Shown here: in pieces, positions 16,088 through 23,767 of the stretch
Layout: every line of letters starts with the position of its first letter
Numbering within the stretch: position 1 is the first letter of the stretch
Assembly: GCA_001430755.1 (NCBI GenBank)
Contig: CP013062.1
Location: forward strand, 30,001 to 62,000
Reading direction: 5' to 3'
DNA: 32,000 bases
Source: Candidatus Peribacter riflensis
Lineage (GTDB): Bacteria > Patescibacteriota > Gracilibacteria > Peribacterales > Peribacteraceae
The notes under the pieces: generated by a model
Databases searched by the model: none
What the model was told of the DNA's origin: nothing
The model's input: the letters and a program-made list of their open reading frames with translations, nothing else
Translations under genes and position numbers: made by a program

Positions 16088-17596
16088 TCAGTCCTTGCAG
16101 GGGATGGCCAGGCTGCTCACCTTGTCGCATTTCACGCACGTCAGTTCCCATAGCTCGAAGAACGCTCTCCGCTTGAATTGCTCATCGGTGATCGGCTGGT
16201 AGTACGTGAGCGGTCGGTAGAACTGGAAGCCGACGAACACGATCAGCCCGACGACGAGCAGCCCGACTTTCTTGCCCTGGGCGGTGAATTCCCATGTCCA
16301 GAAGCGTTTCAACTCCATGAAGACCAGGCTGAGGATGACGAAGCCGAAGAGGAGTGGCGGGAAGTAATGGTAGAGGTACATCACGCGGTCCAACTGGCTG
16401 ATGGCGATCATGTAGCAGACGTAGAGCGTCATGAACGCTGTGAGCAGGAAGCGGTGCTTCAGCGGTTCTCTGAAGGGGAAGAAGACCTGGGACGCCAGGA
16501 GCCCTATAGCCAGCAGCACGGCGACGAAGCTTATCCACCAGACGGCGGGGTTCACCTGCAGGTAGAGGTAGCGGTAGTCCGTGCCGTCTGGCGTTTCCCA
16601 GCGGAAGTTGATGGAGCGCGCTCCCAACGGCCAGAAGTAGAAGGGGCTGCCGTTCTCATCCCTCTTACAGAGATCCAGGCGCGGCACGCCGCGGGCGTAG
16701 TGCCCGGTGAAGCGGAGTGAGTCGCGAAGCATGATAGAGAACGAGCTGAAGGAACGCGTCAGCCCCTGGTTCAGAATCTGCTTGTACTCGTCGGAGGCCT
16801 GGTAGTAGCCGTTGTCGGGCAGACTGGGGTTCACGGTGCTCCCGATGGCGAAGTGGGCATACCACACACTGCAGAACACCACGGCGAACGCCACGGCCAT
16901 GGCGCCCAGCATCCGGCCGATCTTCTGGCGGTCCGGCCACAGTTTCCAAGCGATAAAGGGCAGGAGCAGGATCATGATGAGGGCCGTATCTTTCGTGGTC
17001 ATGGCTGCACCGAAGGCCGCCCCGAAGAGCGCCGCCGATGGGAAGAACGTGTTGGGTTTGTCCCGTGTTTCGAGCACGAGCAAAAAGGCGAGAATGATCA
17101 GCGTGATAAAGAAGAGCAGTGTTGAATCGAGCATCGCCCCGCGCGCATGCACAATGAGGGCGTTATCGAACACGTAGAAGAACGAGAGCAGTGTTGAGTA
17201 CTGCGGGCTGCGGGTGAGGAGCAGAAAAATCAGGTACAGCAACGGCGCAGTGAGCCAGGCGAGCAGGGTGGGGAAGAAGCGGTAGCCGACGAACGAGAAC
17301 CCGTCGGGCAGATCGCGGGCGTAGTCGGTAGTGATGAATTGGTTTGCGGCGAGGTTGGGATGATAGATCTTCTCACCCAGGGCGATGAGGAGCTTGGCGA
17401 GCGGCGGATGCGGCTCCATGAAGTACACGCCGTTCAGGTATTTCTGCGCGCTGGCGATGTGGTAATTCTCATCCCAGAAGAGCTGCGGGGGATAGCTGTA
17501 GTTCTGGAAGTACGTGAGGTACGACAGAAGCAGAACGAGCAGGCCGAGGAGCACGGCCGGACGAGACAGAGACTCCTTGAGTTTTGCAATATCCAT
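16088..17596 (-). CDS. dolichyl/polyprenyl-phosphate-mannose protein O-mannosyltransferase homologue (PMT, GT39)
   Basis: The ORF track extends to 18175, but that part is antisense to ftsH. The ATG at 17596 gives MDIAKLKESL... (502 aa). The loop-1 motif FWDENYHIASAQKYLNGVYFMEPHPPLAKLLIALGEK matches the PMT family signature D-E-x-[YH]...HPPL-[GA]-K. Confidence 0.85.
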   Translation of the reverse strand: MDIAKLKESLSRPAVLLGLLVLLLSYLTYFQNYSYPPQLFWDENYHIASAQKYLNGVYFMEPHPPLAKLLIALGEKIYHPNLAANQFITTDYARDLPDGFSFVGYRFFPTLLAWLTAPLLYLIFLLLTRSPQYSTLLSFFYVFDNALIVHARGAMLDSTLLFFITLIILAFLLVLETRDKPNTFFPSAALFGAAFGAAMTTKDTALIMILLLPFIAWKLWPDRQKIGRMLGAMAVAFAVVFCSVWYAHFAIGSTVNPSLPDNGYYQASDEYKQILNQGLTRSFSSFSIMLRDSLRFTGHYARGVPRLDLCKRDENGSPFYFWPLGARSINFRWETPDGTDYRYLYLQVNPAVWWISFVAVLLAIGLLASQVFFPFREPLKHRFLLTAFMTLYVCYMIAISQLDRVMYLYHYFPPLLFGFVILSLVFMELKRFWTWEFTAQGKKVGLLVVGLIVFVGFQFYRPLTYYQPITDEQFKRRAFFELWELTCVKCDKVSSLAIPCKD

Positions 17597-17606
17597 GGCG
17601 GCTAGT

Positions 17607-17615
17607 GTAATAGCA
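17607..17615 (-). promoter_or_regulatory. extended -10-like TGcTATTAC, 10 nt upstream of PMT ATG
   Basis: Minus strand reads gtgTGCTATTACactagccgccATG. Confidence 0.35.
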
Positions 17616-17728
17616 CACTCTTCGTTCGCCAATCGCCAACTTTTTGTTTCCGTGTGCGGGCGAAACTGCCATGCAGGGGCCGTACGGCATTCGCCGGGAA
17701 AACACGTGCCCGTTTCACTGCCTTTCGC

Positions 17729-17734
17729 TATCCT
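17729..17734 (+). promoter_or_regulatory. -10-like TATCCT upstream of ftsH
   Basis: cgcTATCCTgtacccGTGgctgtgATG. It lies 6 nt upstream of the in-frame GTG 17741 and 15 nt upstream of ATG 17750. Confidence 0.3.
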
Positions 17735-17749
17735 GTACCCGTGGCTGTG

Positions 17750-19663
17750 ATGCGTCGTCCATCGGGGGGCCGGCAGCAGATCCTTGGGATCCTGCTCTTC
17801 GTCGTCCTCGTGGGCATGTCCATCTACTCCATTATGGCGCCCACGCGCGGCGAGGAGCTGAAAGAAGCGCAGGCCCGCGAGGTGCCCTTGAGCGCGATCA
17901 CCCGCGGCTATGCGGAGCGCGATTTTACGAAGATCGTCATCCGGGATAACAAGGTCTACGCAACCATGGCCTCCGGCTCCATCCTCAGTTCCTACAAGGA
18001 AGCCAGTGACTCCGTGAGCGATCTGAACTGGAACGACCCCAAAAATCCGACGGTCGTCGAGGTGGAGAACCGCGAAGCCACCAACATCTTCCTCGCCATC
18101 CTGCCGGATCTCCTCTTCTTCATCTTCGTCATCGGCGGGGTGATCTGGCTGTTCAGGGGGATCGCGCGAAGCCAATCGACGGCGCTCTCGTTCGGAAAAT
18201 CACGTGCGAAGGTGGCGGATGCCACGCAGGTGAAGACGCATTTCGCGGATGTCGCGGGGTGCAAAGAGGCCAAAGACGATCTCGTGGAGGTGGTGGATTT
18301 TCTCAAGAACCCGCGCAAGTACATCAATCTGGGGGCCAAGATCCCCAAGGGCGTGCTGCTCGTGGGGGCACCGGGAACAGGCAAGACGCTCCTGGCCCGT
18401 GCGGTGGCCGGCGAGGCGGGCGTGCCGTTCTTCTCGATGGCGGGGTCCGAGTTCGTGGAAATGTTTGTGGGTGTGGGGGCGAGCCGGGTGCGCGATCTCT
18501 TCCTCCGTGCCAAGAGGAATGCGCCGAGCATCATTTTTATCGACGAGATCGATGCCGTCGGGCGGCAGCGCGGCGGGGCGGGATTCGGAGGCGGCCACGA
18601 CGAGCGCGAGCAGACCCTCAACCAGATCCTCACCGAGATGGACGGTTTTGAGCAGGGGACGAATGTGATCGTCATTGCGGCGACGAACCGGCCGGATGTG
18701 CTGGATGTCGCGCTACTCCGTCCCGGACGCTTCGACCGGCGCATCTTCATCGACAAGCCCGATCTCGAGGCGCGCGAGCAGATTCTGCGCGTGCATGCGC
18801 GCAATAAGAAGCTGGCCAAGGGCGTGCGCCTGCATGACGTCGCCAAGCAGACGGTGGGGCTTACCGGCGCGGACTTGGAGAACATCATGAACGAAGCGGC
18901 GATCTTCGCCGCAAAGCGTCAGCACGTCTCACTCACGCAGCGCGACCTGGTGGATGCCACCGAGAAGGTGACGGTCGGGCCCGAGAAACGCTCCCGCAAA
19001 CTGACGCCGCATGAGAAGGAAATCACGGCTTATCATGAGCTTGGGCATGCGATTGTCGGCCATCTGTGCCCCGAGAGCGATGCCCTGCACAAGATTTCGA
19101 TTGTCTCGCGCGGAGCGGCCCTCGGCATGACGTGGTTCCTCCCGCAGGAAGACACCTACACCACCAGCCGCACCAAGTTCTTGGACGAGATCTGCGGGCT
19201 TCTGGGCGGGCGCGCGGCGGAGGAAATCATCTTCAACGAGAACACCACCGGTGCCAGTTCCGACATTGAGCGTGCCTCGCAGATCGCCCGTGCCATGGCC
19301 ATGCACTACGGCATGGGTGACGATACGCTCGGTCCCGTGGCGTACGGCGAGCGCCAGGGAACCATGTTTCTCGGCGTGGAGCCGGCCGCCGCTCGCAATT
19401 ATTCGGAAGAGATGGCCCGCAAAATCGACGAATTCGTGAGGCAGACGATTCAGAAGCAGTATGCACGCGCCGTCGAGTACCTGCGACAGTACCCCACACA
19501 ACTGGAAATGCTCTCCAGAGTGCTCCTCAAAAAAGAAACGATGTCGGTGGATGAGTTCCTCGATATCTTCGAGGGGCGCAAAGAAGTCCCTGATACGCCT
19601 GAGGAACCCGAAGAGGAATCTCCGGTCGAAGAGTCGGCGGATGATGGATCCGTGCAGGCATGA
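17750..19663 (+). CDS. ftsH: ATP-dependent zinc metalloprotease FtsH
   Basis: Motifs: N-terminal TM, Walker A GAPGTGKT, Walker [10 protein letters not shown], the second region of homology [20 protein letters not shown], and the zinc site HELGHA. The ORF track start at 17654 is unlikely. ATG 17750 or in-frame GTG 17741 is preferred. Confidence 0.95.
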   Translation: MRRPSGGRQQILGILLFVVLVGMSIYSIMAPTRGEELKEAQAREVPLSAITRGYAERDFTKIVIRDNKVYATMASGSILSSYKEASDSVSDLNWNDPKNPTVVEVENREATNIFLAILPDLLFFIFVIGGVIWLFRGIARSQSTALSFGKSRAKVADATQVKTHFADVAGCKEAKDDLVEVVDFLKNPRKYINLGAKIPKGVLLVGAPGTGKTLLARAVAGEAGVPFFSMAGSEFVEMFVGVGASRVRDLFLRAKRNAPSIIFIDEIDAVGRQRGGAGFGGGHDEREQTLNQILTEMDGFEQGTNVIVIAATNRPDVLDVALLRPGRFDRRIFIDKPDLEAREQILRVHARNKKLAKGVRLHDVAKQTVGLTGADLENIMNEAAIFAAKRQHVSLTQRDLVDATEKVTVGPEKRSRKLTPHEKEITAYHELGHAIVGHLCPESDALHKISIVSRGAALGMTWFLPQEDTYTTSRTKFLDEICGLLGGRAAEEIIFNENTTGASSDIERASQIARAMAMHYGMGDDTLGPVAYGERQGTMFLGVEPAAARNYSEEMARKIDEFVRQTIQKQYARAVEYLRQYPTQLEMLSRVLLKKETMSVDEFLDIFEGRKEVPDTPEEPEEESPVEESADDGSVQA

Positions 19664-19714
19664 GCAGAACGCGGGAGGAAGTCGGCAGTCTGCTAGTAAT
19701 CGTGTACCGGTTTC

Positions 19715-19723
19715 TGCTACGAT
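19715..19723 (+). promoter_or_regulatory. extended -10-like TGcTACGAT, 8 nt upstream of purB ATG; a second TGcTAGTAA at 19691-19699
   Basis: tcTGCTAGTAATcgtgtaccggtttcTGCTACGATaggaagccATG. These are two tandem tctgcta units. The upstream one would leave an AGGAAG Shine-Dalgarno in the leader. Confidence 0.35.
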
Positions 19724-19731
19724 AGGAAGCC

Positions 19732-21045
19732 ATGCAGGAGCTCTCGCCCTTAGACGGACGCTATCGGAAGAAGACCGAGGCGCTGCGTCCTTTTTTCAGT
19801 GAAGAAGCCCTCATGCACGCACGGGTGGAGGTGGAGATCCGCTATGTGCTCGCACTGGCGGCAGAGAAGGGGGTGCGGGAATTGCCGCGCCTGAAGGCCG
19901 GAAAGGTGAAGGCTCTGCTGCAGATCATCGAACGGTTCTCGCCCAAAGATGCCGCAGCGATTCAGGAGATCGAGCGCAAGACGAACCATGACGTGAAAGC
20001 GGTGGAGTACTTCCTGCGCGGAAAATTCGAGCGGATCGGGCTCAAAGCTGCCCTGCCCTTTCTCCACTTCGCCCTGACGAGCGAGGATGTGAATAACCTT
20101 GCCTACGGTATTCTCCTCCACCGCGCCCTGGAAACGGTTGTTCTTCCACGGCTGAAAGTCCTACACCGCACCCTCGCCGCGATGGCGCGCCGATGGCGTA
20201 CCCTTCCGCTGCTCAGCCTCACGCACGGTCAGCCGGCGACTCCCACGACCGTGGGCAGCGAGATGGCGGTCTTTGCGGACCGTCTGGAACGGCAGCTACT
20301 CGAGCTCAGAGCGTTCCGCATGCAGGGAAAATTCGGCGGGGCGGTGGGCAACTACGCTGCGCATCGCATCGCCTATCCCGATGTGCGCTGGGAGACATTC
20401 GGGCAGAGGTTCGTACGGTCCCTTGGTCTTCATCCCCTCGTCCACACCACACAGATCAATCCGCACGATGACCTGGCGGAGCTGAGCCACACGGTCAGCC
20501 GCATCAATACGATTCTGCTCGATTTCAGCCGCGATACCTGGCTCTACATCTCGCGCGGGGTCTTTAAGCAGAAGGTGATCGCCGGCGAGGTGGGCTCCTC
20601 GACCATGCCGCACAAGGTGAACCCCATCGATTTCGAGAACGCCGAGGGGAACCTGGGGCTTTCGACGGCGCTCTTCTCGCACTTTGCCGAGAAGCTGCCG
20701 GTGAGCCGTCTGCAGCGCGATCTGTCGGATTCCACAGTCCAACGCAACATCGGCGTGGCCTTCGGGTATCACCTGTTGGCGGTGGCTTCGCTGCTCAAGG
20801 GCATTGGTAAACTCACTGTGGATCGCGGCACGCTGCAGCACGAGCTCGATATGCATCCGGAAGTGCTGGCCGAGGCCATTCAGATCCTCCTCCGCAAGCA
20901 CGGTGTTGCCAGCGCCTACGAACAGCTCAAGAAAGTGACGCGCGGGGCGAAGGTGACACGTGCGTCCCTTCTTGCTTTTGCCGATACGCTGCCGCTCACA
21001 CGCGAAGAGAAAAAGCGATTGAGACAGTGGCCTTCGTTCAGCTGA
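19732..21045 (+). CDS. purB: adenylosuccinate lyase
   Basis: 437 aa. Motifs LSPLDGRYRKKTEALRPFFSEEALMHARVEVEIRY, THGQPATPTT and GSSTMPHKVNPIDFEN (the fumarate-lyase signature). Confidence 0.95.
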   Translation: MQELSPLDGRYRKKTEALRPFFSEEALMHARVEVEIRYVLALAAEKGVRELPRLKAGKVKALLQIIERFSPKDAAAIQEIERKTNHDVKAVEYFLRGKFERIGLKAALPFLHFALTSEDVNNLAYGILLHRALETVVLPRLKVLHRTLAAMARRWRTLPLLSLTHGQPATPTTVGSEMAVFADRLERQLLELRAFRMQGKFGGAVGNYAAHRIAYPDVRWETFGQRFVRSLGLHPLVHTTQINPHDDLAELSHTVSRINTILLDFSRDTWLYISRGVFKQKVIAGEVGSSTMPHKVNPIDFENAEGNLGLSTALFSHFAEKLPVSRLQRDLSDSTVQRNIGVAFGYHLLAVASLLKGIGKLTVDRGTLQHELDMHPEVLAEAIQILLRKHGVASAYEQLKKVTRGAKVTRASLLAFADTLPLTREEKKRLRQWPSFS

Positions 21046-21139
21046 TTTCCGGTGGATTGATTTCGTGGCTGCCAGACCGGTCAGGGAATGTTTTCCTGAC
21101 TTCGATTGCTCACCGGTGGTGCGGAAAGGAAGCGCAGTG

Positions 21140-21148
21140 TGCTATAAA
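21140..21148 (+). promoter_or_regulatory. extended -10-like TGcTATAAA, 8 nt upstream of ATG 21157
   Basis: gtgTGCTATAAAtctttcctATG. Confidence 0.3.
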
Positions 21149-21156
21149 TCTTTCCT

Positions 21157-21336
21157 ATGAAAAAGGCTCCCACCGAAGAAACACTCCTCAGTCATCGTCA
21201 CATCGAGAGGCTCGATCGAGCGGGAGCGGCATTGGCTCTTGCCGATCATGACGGCGAACCCTCTCCGTTCGAGGTGCCGGAGCTTGAGGAATGGATGCAG
21301 GCACTGGAGCGCGACGACGGGAAAACGGAGGCATAG
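21157..21336 (+). CDS. small acidic hypothetical protein (59 aa), absent from the supplied ORF track
   Basis: ATG 21157 to TAG 21334-21336 gives MKKAPTEETLLSHRHIERLDRAGAALALADHDGEPSPFEVPELEEWMQALERDDGKTEA. It carries the same TGcTAnnnn-N8-ATG signature as purB. No homology recognised. Confidence 0.3.
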   Translation: MKKAPTEETLLSHRHIERLDRAGAALALADHDGEPSPFEVPELEEWMQALERDDGKTEA

Positions 21337-21446
21337 GTTTCTTCTGTTGTGCGATTTGCCTGAGATGCGCTGGATGAGAGGAGCATCATCCGGGAAAAAT
21401 TAACCAAATCGCCAATTCTTTGCTGTATATTACAGTAGTTCGATTA

Positions 21447-21475
21447 TTGACTATATGTGGAATATGTATTATTTT
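21447..21475 (+). promoter_or_regulatory. sigma70-like promoter TTGACT-17-TATTTT in the only strongly AT-rich stretch of the window
   Basis: ttgact at 21447-21452, a 17-nt spacer, tatttt at 21470-21475. The surrounding 21410-21480 is about 70% AT. The predicted TSS near 21482 gives a leader of about 187 nt. Confidence 0.35.
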
Positions 21476-21513
21476 ATACGGCAATCCCGGTTCCTTAACA
21501 TCACTGTTTGTTT

Positions 21514-21629
21514 CCCCCACTCACCCTTGCTCTGAGCCTCTCAGAGAGGATCAAGGGATGCGTCACCCGCGATGAAGCCGTTGTTCTGTTTCGCTGGGGA
21601 GCGCGAACAGAGCAAGGATATCGTGGGGG
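21514..21629 (+). ncRNA. structured 5' leader / candidate cis-regulatory RNA upstream of the 451-aa ORF
   Basis: Long-range helix: cccccac (21514-21520) pairs with gtggggg (21623-21629), and ccttgctctg (21525-21534) pairs with cagagcaagg (21608-21617). Internal hairpins: cctct/agagg (21537-21549) and ctgtt(t)cgc/gcgaacag (21586-21610). The latter competes for 3 nt with the outer helix. Confidence 0.35.
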
Positions 21630-21668
21630 AGCATAGGCAAATGGAAGTCACAGAAAAGGATTACTGTC

Positions 21669-23024
21669 ATGCAACCGAGTAACTTGTTCGCGCACTTGCG
21701 CGGGAGTCTTCGTGGTCAATTGATCGCCAGCGGTGCCGACTTCGGCGTGGTCGAAGTGCGTCACGGTCTGATGCAGCAGGAGACTACGGTCATCCTGTAC
21801 ACCGATCTCAAGTCACAGCGCTTTCACTTCGTCCCGGAAGTCATGGACGGGGTGGAGGGGGCGGTCGACTTCAGGGTCGGTCGCGATCAGATCTGGATTC
21901 GGACGGACCGCCCGGTTCGGTTCCAGGTGAAGAAGCTCACCAGCCGGCAGCGCGATCCGCTGTTGGTCAAGGTGGATGTCTTCGAGAGGCAGGGTCGCTA
22001 CGAATTGAACATTCTGGTGCCCCTCGCCATGGAAGTCGTGCGGTTGGCCACGGTGGTAGACACTGCGAGCCTCATGCGTAGCGAAGAGCCGGAACTGCCC
22101 GCCATGTCGATGGTGGGACCGATCTTCGAGGGCCTTGAGCCTGTACAGTCTTCGGAGCGTCCCTCCGAGACTCTGGCGCAGGCCCTCGCGCAGCAGCTCC
22201 GTGCCACCCTCGGCCCCGACTATCGGGTCACCCTTGGGGAGCCGAAGCGAACGCGTACGTCCGGCGGTATCGCCTCGCTGATCGAGCGCATCCTCGGCCG
22301 CAAGGCCCAACAGCCGATCCCCGGCGTTCACGAGGATGGGCATGGTGGCTATACGATCGAGGCCGCCTCCATGGCCGATGCGGCGCAGAAGCTCCGTGAG
22401 CTGAACGCCACGCTGGAACCGGGCGAGATGCTGATCCCTCGTGGTCCGCTGGCGGCTGCCTTACAGGAAGCCGCTGGTACCCAGTCTTCGGACGGCTCGG
22501 CGCAGGATGAGGCGATGTTTGCCCGCTTGCTGCGGGCAATGTCACCTTCGCACCTGAAGGCTCTCGAGCAGGAGGATTGCGACACCTGCGTTCGGCGAGG
22601 CCACTGCCCCGTCGAACCGCTCATGCGGGAATCGCGGCGCGTCCTCGGCATCACGCCGAAATCGCGCCGTCGCGGGGTTACCTCCGATCCGTGGAGCGCT
22701 ATCGGCTCCATGTTCAACTATCCGTCCTCCCCGTCGCGTCGCGACGTGCAGAGGCAGGAGCACGTGTGTGCGAGCTGCCCACATGTGTCTTGCTCAAGCC
22801 ACCCGGCCAATCCGGCGCGCAGGCGTCGGGAGGCCGAGGCACAGCAGGCCAATCCGGTCACCGCGGAAAATCCCGTGGAGCCGCAGGCGCCTCAGTCCGA
22901 ACCGGCCGCAGCCTCCTCCGATGCGGGCAATGAGTCCGCGCAGGATCAGGCCGAGGTCGTTGGTACGGGCGTTGAGGCTCAGGCCGAAGCGCCGTCGTCC
23001 GGTGGTAATGGCAGCGCATCCTAG
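21669..23024 (+). CDS. hypothetical soluble protein with two CxxC-containing motifs and a disordered acidic/Pro-rich tail
   Basis: 451 aa, ATG with an AAAGGA RBS 8 nt upstream. No TM segment or signal peptide. Cys motifs are C304-x2-C307-x5-C313-P and C367-x2-C370-x4-C375. The C-terminal ~70 aa is rich in A/E/P/Q/S. No family recognised. Confidence 0.7.
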   Translation: MQPSNLFAHLRGSLRGQLIASGADFGVVEVRHGLMQQETTVILYTDLKSQRFHFVPEVMDGVEGAVDFRVGRDQIWIRTDRPVRFQVKKLTSRQRDPLLVKVDVFERQGRYELNILVPLAMEVVRLATVVDTASLMRSEEPELPAMSMVGPIFEGLEPVQSSERPSETLAQALAQQLRATLGPDYRVTLGEPKRTRTSGGIASLIERILGRKAQQPIPGVHEDGHGGYTIEAASMADAAQKLRELNATLEPGEMLIPRGPLAAALQEAAGTQSSDGSAQDEAMFARLLRAMSPSHLKALEQEDCDTCVRRGHCPVEPLMRESRRVLGITPKSRRRGVTSDPWSAIGSMFNYPSSPSRRDVQRQEHVCASCPHVSCSSHPANPARRRREAEAQQANPVTAENPVEPQAPQSEPAAASSDAGNESAQDQAEVVGTGVEAQAEAPSSGGNGSAS

Positions 23025-23079
23025 CGCTGCAAACTGACTTTCTTTAGGACAAGGTTTCCGCAAGGGAACCAAAGTCTAC

Positions 23080-23104
23080 GCCGCATGCTCCCCTGCGGCT
23101 TTTT
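23080..23104 (+). terminator. rho-independent terminator of the 451-aa gene
   Basis: gccgca (23080-23085) pairs with tgcggc (23094-23099) around an 8-nt loop, followed by ttttt (23100-23104). Confidence 0.6.
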
Positions 23105-23167
23105 CGTGCGCGAAATGTATGTATACATTTCGCTCTGTCGTGTGGATGTTGAAGATGCGAGTGAGAA

Positions 23168-23256
23168 TGGTGCCGTGGGGGAGACTCGAACTCCCATGTC
23201 CTAGAACGGACACTAGCCCCTCAAGCTAGCGCGTCTACCAGTTCCGCCACCACGGC
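23168..23256 (-). tRNA. tRNA-Leu (anticodon GAG), class II with long variable arm, CCA encoded
   Basis: The minus strand GCCGTGGTGGCGGAACTGGTAGACGCGCTAGCTTGAGGGGCTAGTGTCCGTTCTAGGACATGGGAGTTCGAGTCTCCCCCACGGCACCA folds by hand. Acceptor stem is 7 bp and the D stem 3 bp. The anticodon stem is CTAGC/GCTAG with loop TTGAGGG. The variable arm is GTCC/GGAC and the T arm is GGGAG-TTCGAGT-CTCCC. Confidence 0.93.
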
Positions 23257-23282
23257 AGGCAACCGCTCGCCAGCATAGCAAG
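23233..23282 (-). repeat. 50-bp direct repeat, copy 1 (tRNA-Leu nt 1-24 plus 26 nt of 5' flank)
   Basis: Identical at 50/50 positions to 23718-23767: gtctaccagttccgccaccacggcaggcaaccgctcgccagcatagcaag. Confidence 0.95.
23272..23280 (-). promoter_or_regulatory. tRNA-Leu promoter: extended -10-like TGcTATGCT with TTGCTC -35-like element (23299->23294, 16-nt spacer)
   Basis: Minus strand reads TTGCTCgcctcaagcgtcttgcTATGCTggcgagcggttgcct followed by tRNA nt 1. The predicted +1 is about 9 nt upstream of the mature 5' end. Confidence 0.4.
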
Positions 23283-23384
23283 ACGCTTGAGGCGAGCAAC
23301 CGAAAACAGCGTGATCAGAGCCAATCGCAGTGCCATTGCAGTAACTCAGGTCATCCACGAGCCGGTACTTCCTGCGTTTCAGCG

Positions 23385-23675
23385 TCAGCCCCGCTTGCAG
23401 TGGTGGGCAGCTCGACGGCTCGCAGCAATGTCTGATTGGGCTATACAACCTTTCAGCCATTCTTTGCCACAACCAGATTTCAGATATTTTTCCCTGGTCC
23501 TTGCCCTTGCTCGGGATGGGACATGTTCTTCGTACACCAATCGAAATGGCCGGTAAGGACGAGTAGTTTTCTCTCTCCCGTCCTGGTGTTGTTTCACTCT
23601 CTTGAGAAGATTGTGCGTTAAGCCAACGTACAGGTATGTATGGGTAGTGCTTTGCAGAACATAAACTGTGTACAT
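23385..23675 (-). CDS. GIY-YIG nuclease-domain protein (small, catalytic domain only)
   Basis: 96 aa: MYTVYVLQSTTHTYLYVGLTHNLLKRVKQHQDG...RPFRLVYEEHVPSRARARTREKYLKSGCGKEWL. The V-Y-V (GIY) and Y-V-G (YIG) strands, the Arg in KRVKQH and the Glu in REKYLK match the small GIY-YIG family pattern. Confidence 0.85.
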   Translation of the reverse strand: MYTVYVLQSTTHTYLYVGLTHNLLKRVKQHQDGREKTTRPYRPFRLVYEEHVPSRARARTREKYLKSGCGKEWLKGCIAQSDIAASRRAAHHCKRG

Positions 23676-23698
23676 ATCTTTCTAGAAATGCATGCGCG

Positions 23699-23718
23699 CC
23701 TGCCTGCCGGCAGGCAGG
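23699..23718. other. perfect 20-nt palindrome at the tRNA-fragment breakpoint
   Basis: cctgcctgccggcaggcagg equals its own reverse complement, and its last base is the first base of repeat copy 2. A 10-nt palindrome tttctagaaa (23679-23688) lies between it and the GIY-YIG ATG. Confidence 0.9.
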
Positions 23719-23767
23719 TCTACCAGTTCCGCCACCACGGCAGGCAACCGCTCGCCAGCATAGCAAG
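23718..23767 (-). repeat. 50-bp direct repeat, copy 2 (orphan tRNA-Leu 5' fragment nt 1-24 at 23741->23718 plus flank carrying TGcTATGCT at 23765->23757)
   Basis: Identical to 23233-23282. Upstream, TTGCCC (23784->23779) and cgctgtttt keep the same offsets as in copy 1. Confidence 0.95.

Larger units (their letters stand above)
23283..23767 (-). mobile_element. 485-bp GIY-YIG cassette (435-bp unique segment plus upstream repeat copy); putative selfish or homing-type insertion at the tRNA-Leu 5' end
   Basis: Bounded by the perfect 50-bp direct repeats. It contains only the 96-aa GIY-YIG ORF plus palindromes. No transposase or integrase is present. Mobility is inferred, not shown. Confidence 0.4.

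Noticed and set aside
17597-18175. N-terminal 193-aa extension of the PMT ORF (the track gives 695 aa)
   Set aside because: The extension is antisense to the FtsH N-terminus and AAA domain and has low-complexity composition. A canonical PMT N-terminus begins at ATG 17596 with its own -10-like element.
21027-21251. 74-aa ORF overlapping the purB 3' end
   Set aside because: It starts at a GTG inside purB, has no promoter or RBS signal, and competes with the better-supported 59-aa ATG ORF in another frame.
21622-21631. 10-nt match cgtgggggag between the leader 3' arm and the tRNA-Leu acceptor/T-stem region (23174-23183), same orientation, which would bracket the 451-aa gene like att sites
   Set aside because: The match does not extend in either direction. 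Roughly 0.1 such matches are expected by chance in the relevant few kb. No integrase is present. Noted, but too weak to call an island boundary.
23285-23292. gcttgagg next to repeat copy 1, resembling the tRNA anticodon-loop sequence (cttgagg)
   Set aside because: It is only 8 nt and in the opposite orientation relative to the tRNA, so it is most likely coincidence.
23233-23767. Interpreting the 50-bp repeats as a transposon target-site duplication
   Set aside because: Target-site duplications are typically 2-15 bp. There are no terminal inverted repeats and no transposase. Patchy similarity continues ~40 nt beyond one end only. Duplication or recombination of a promoter plus tRNA 5' module fits better.
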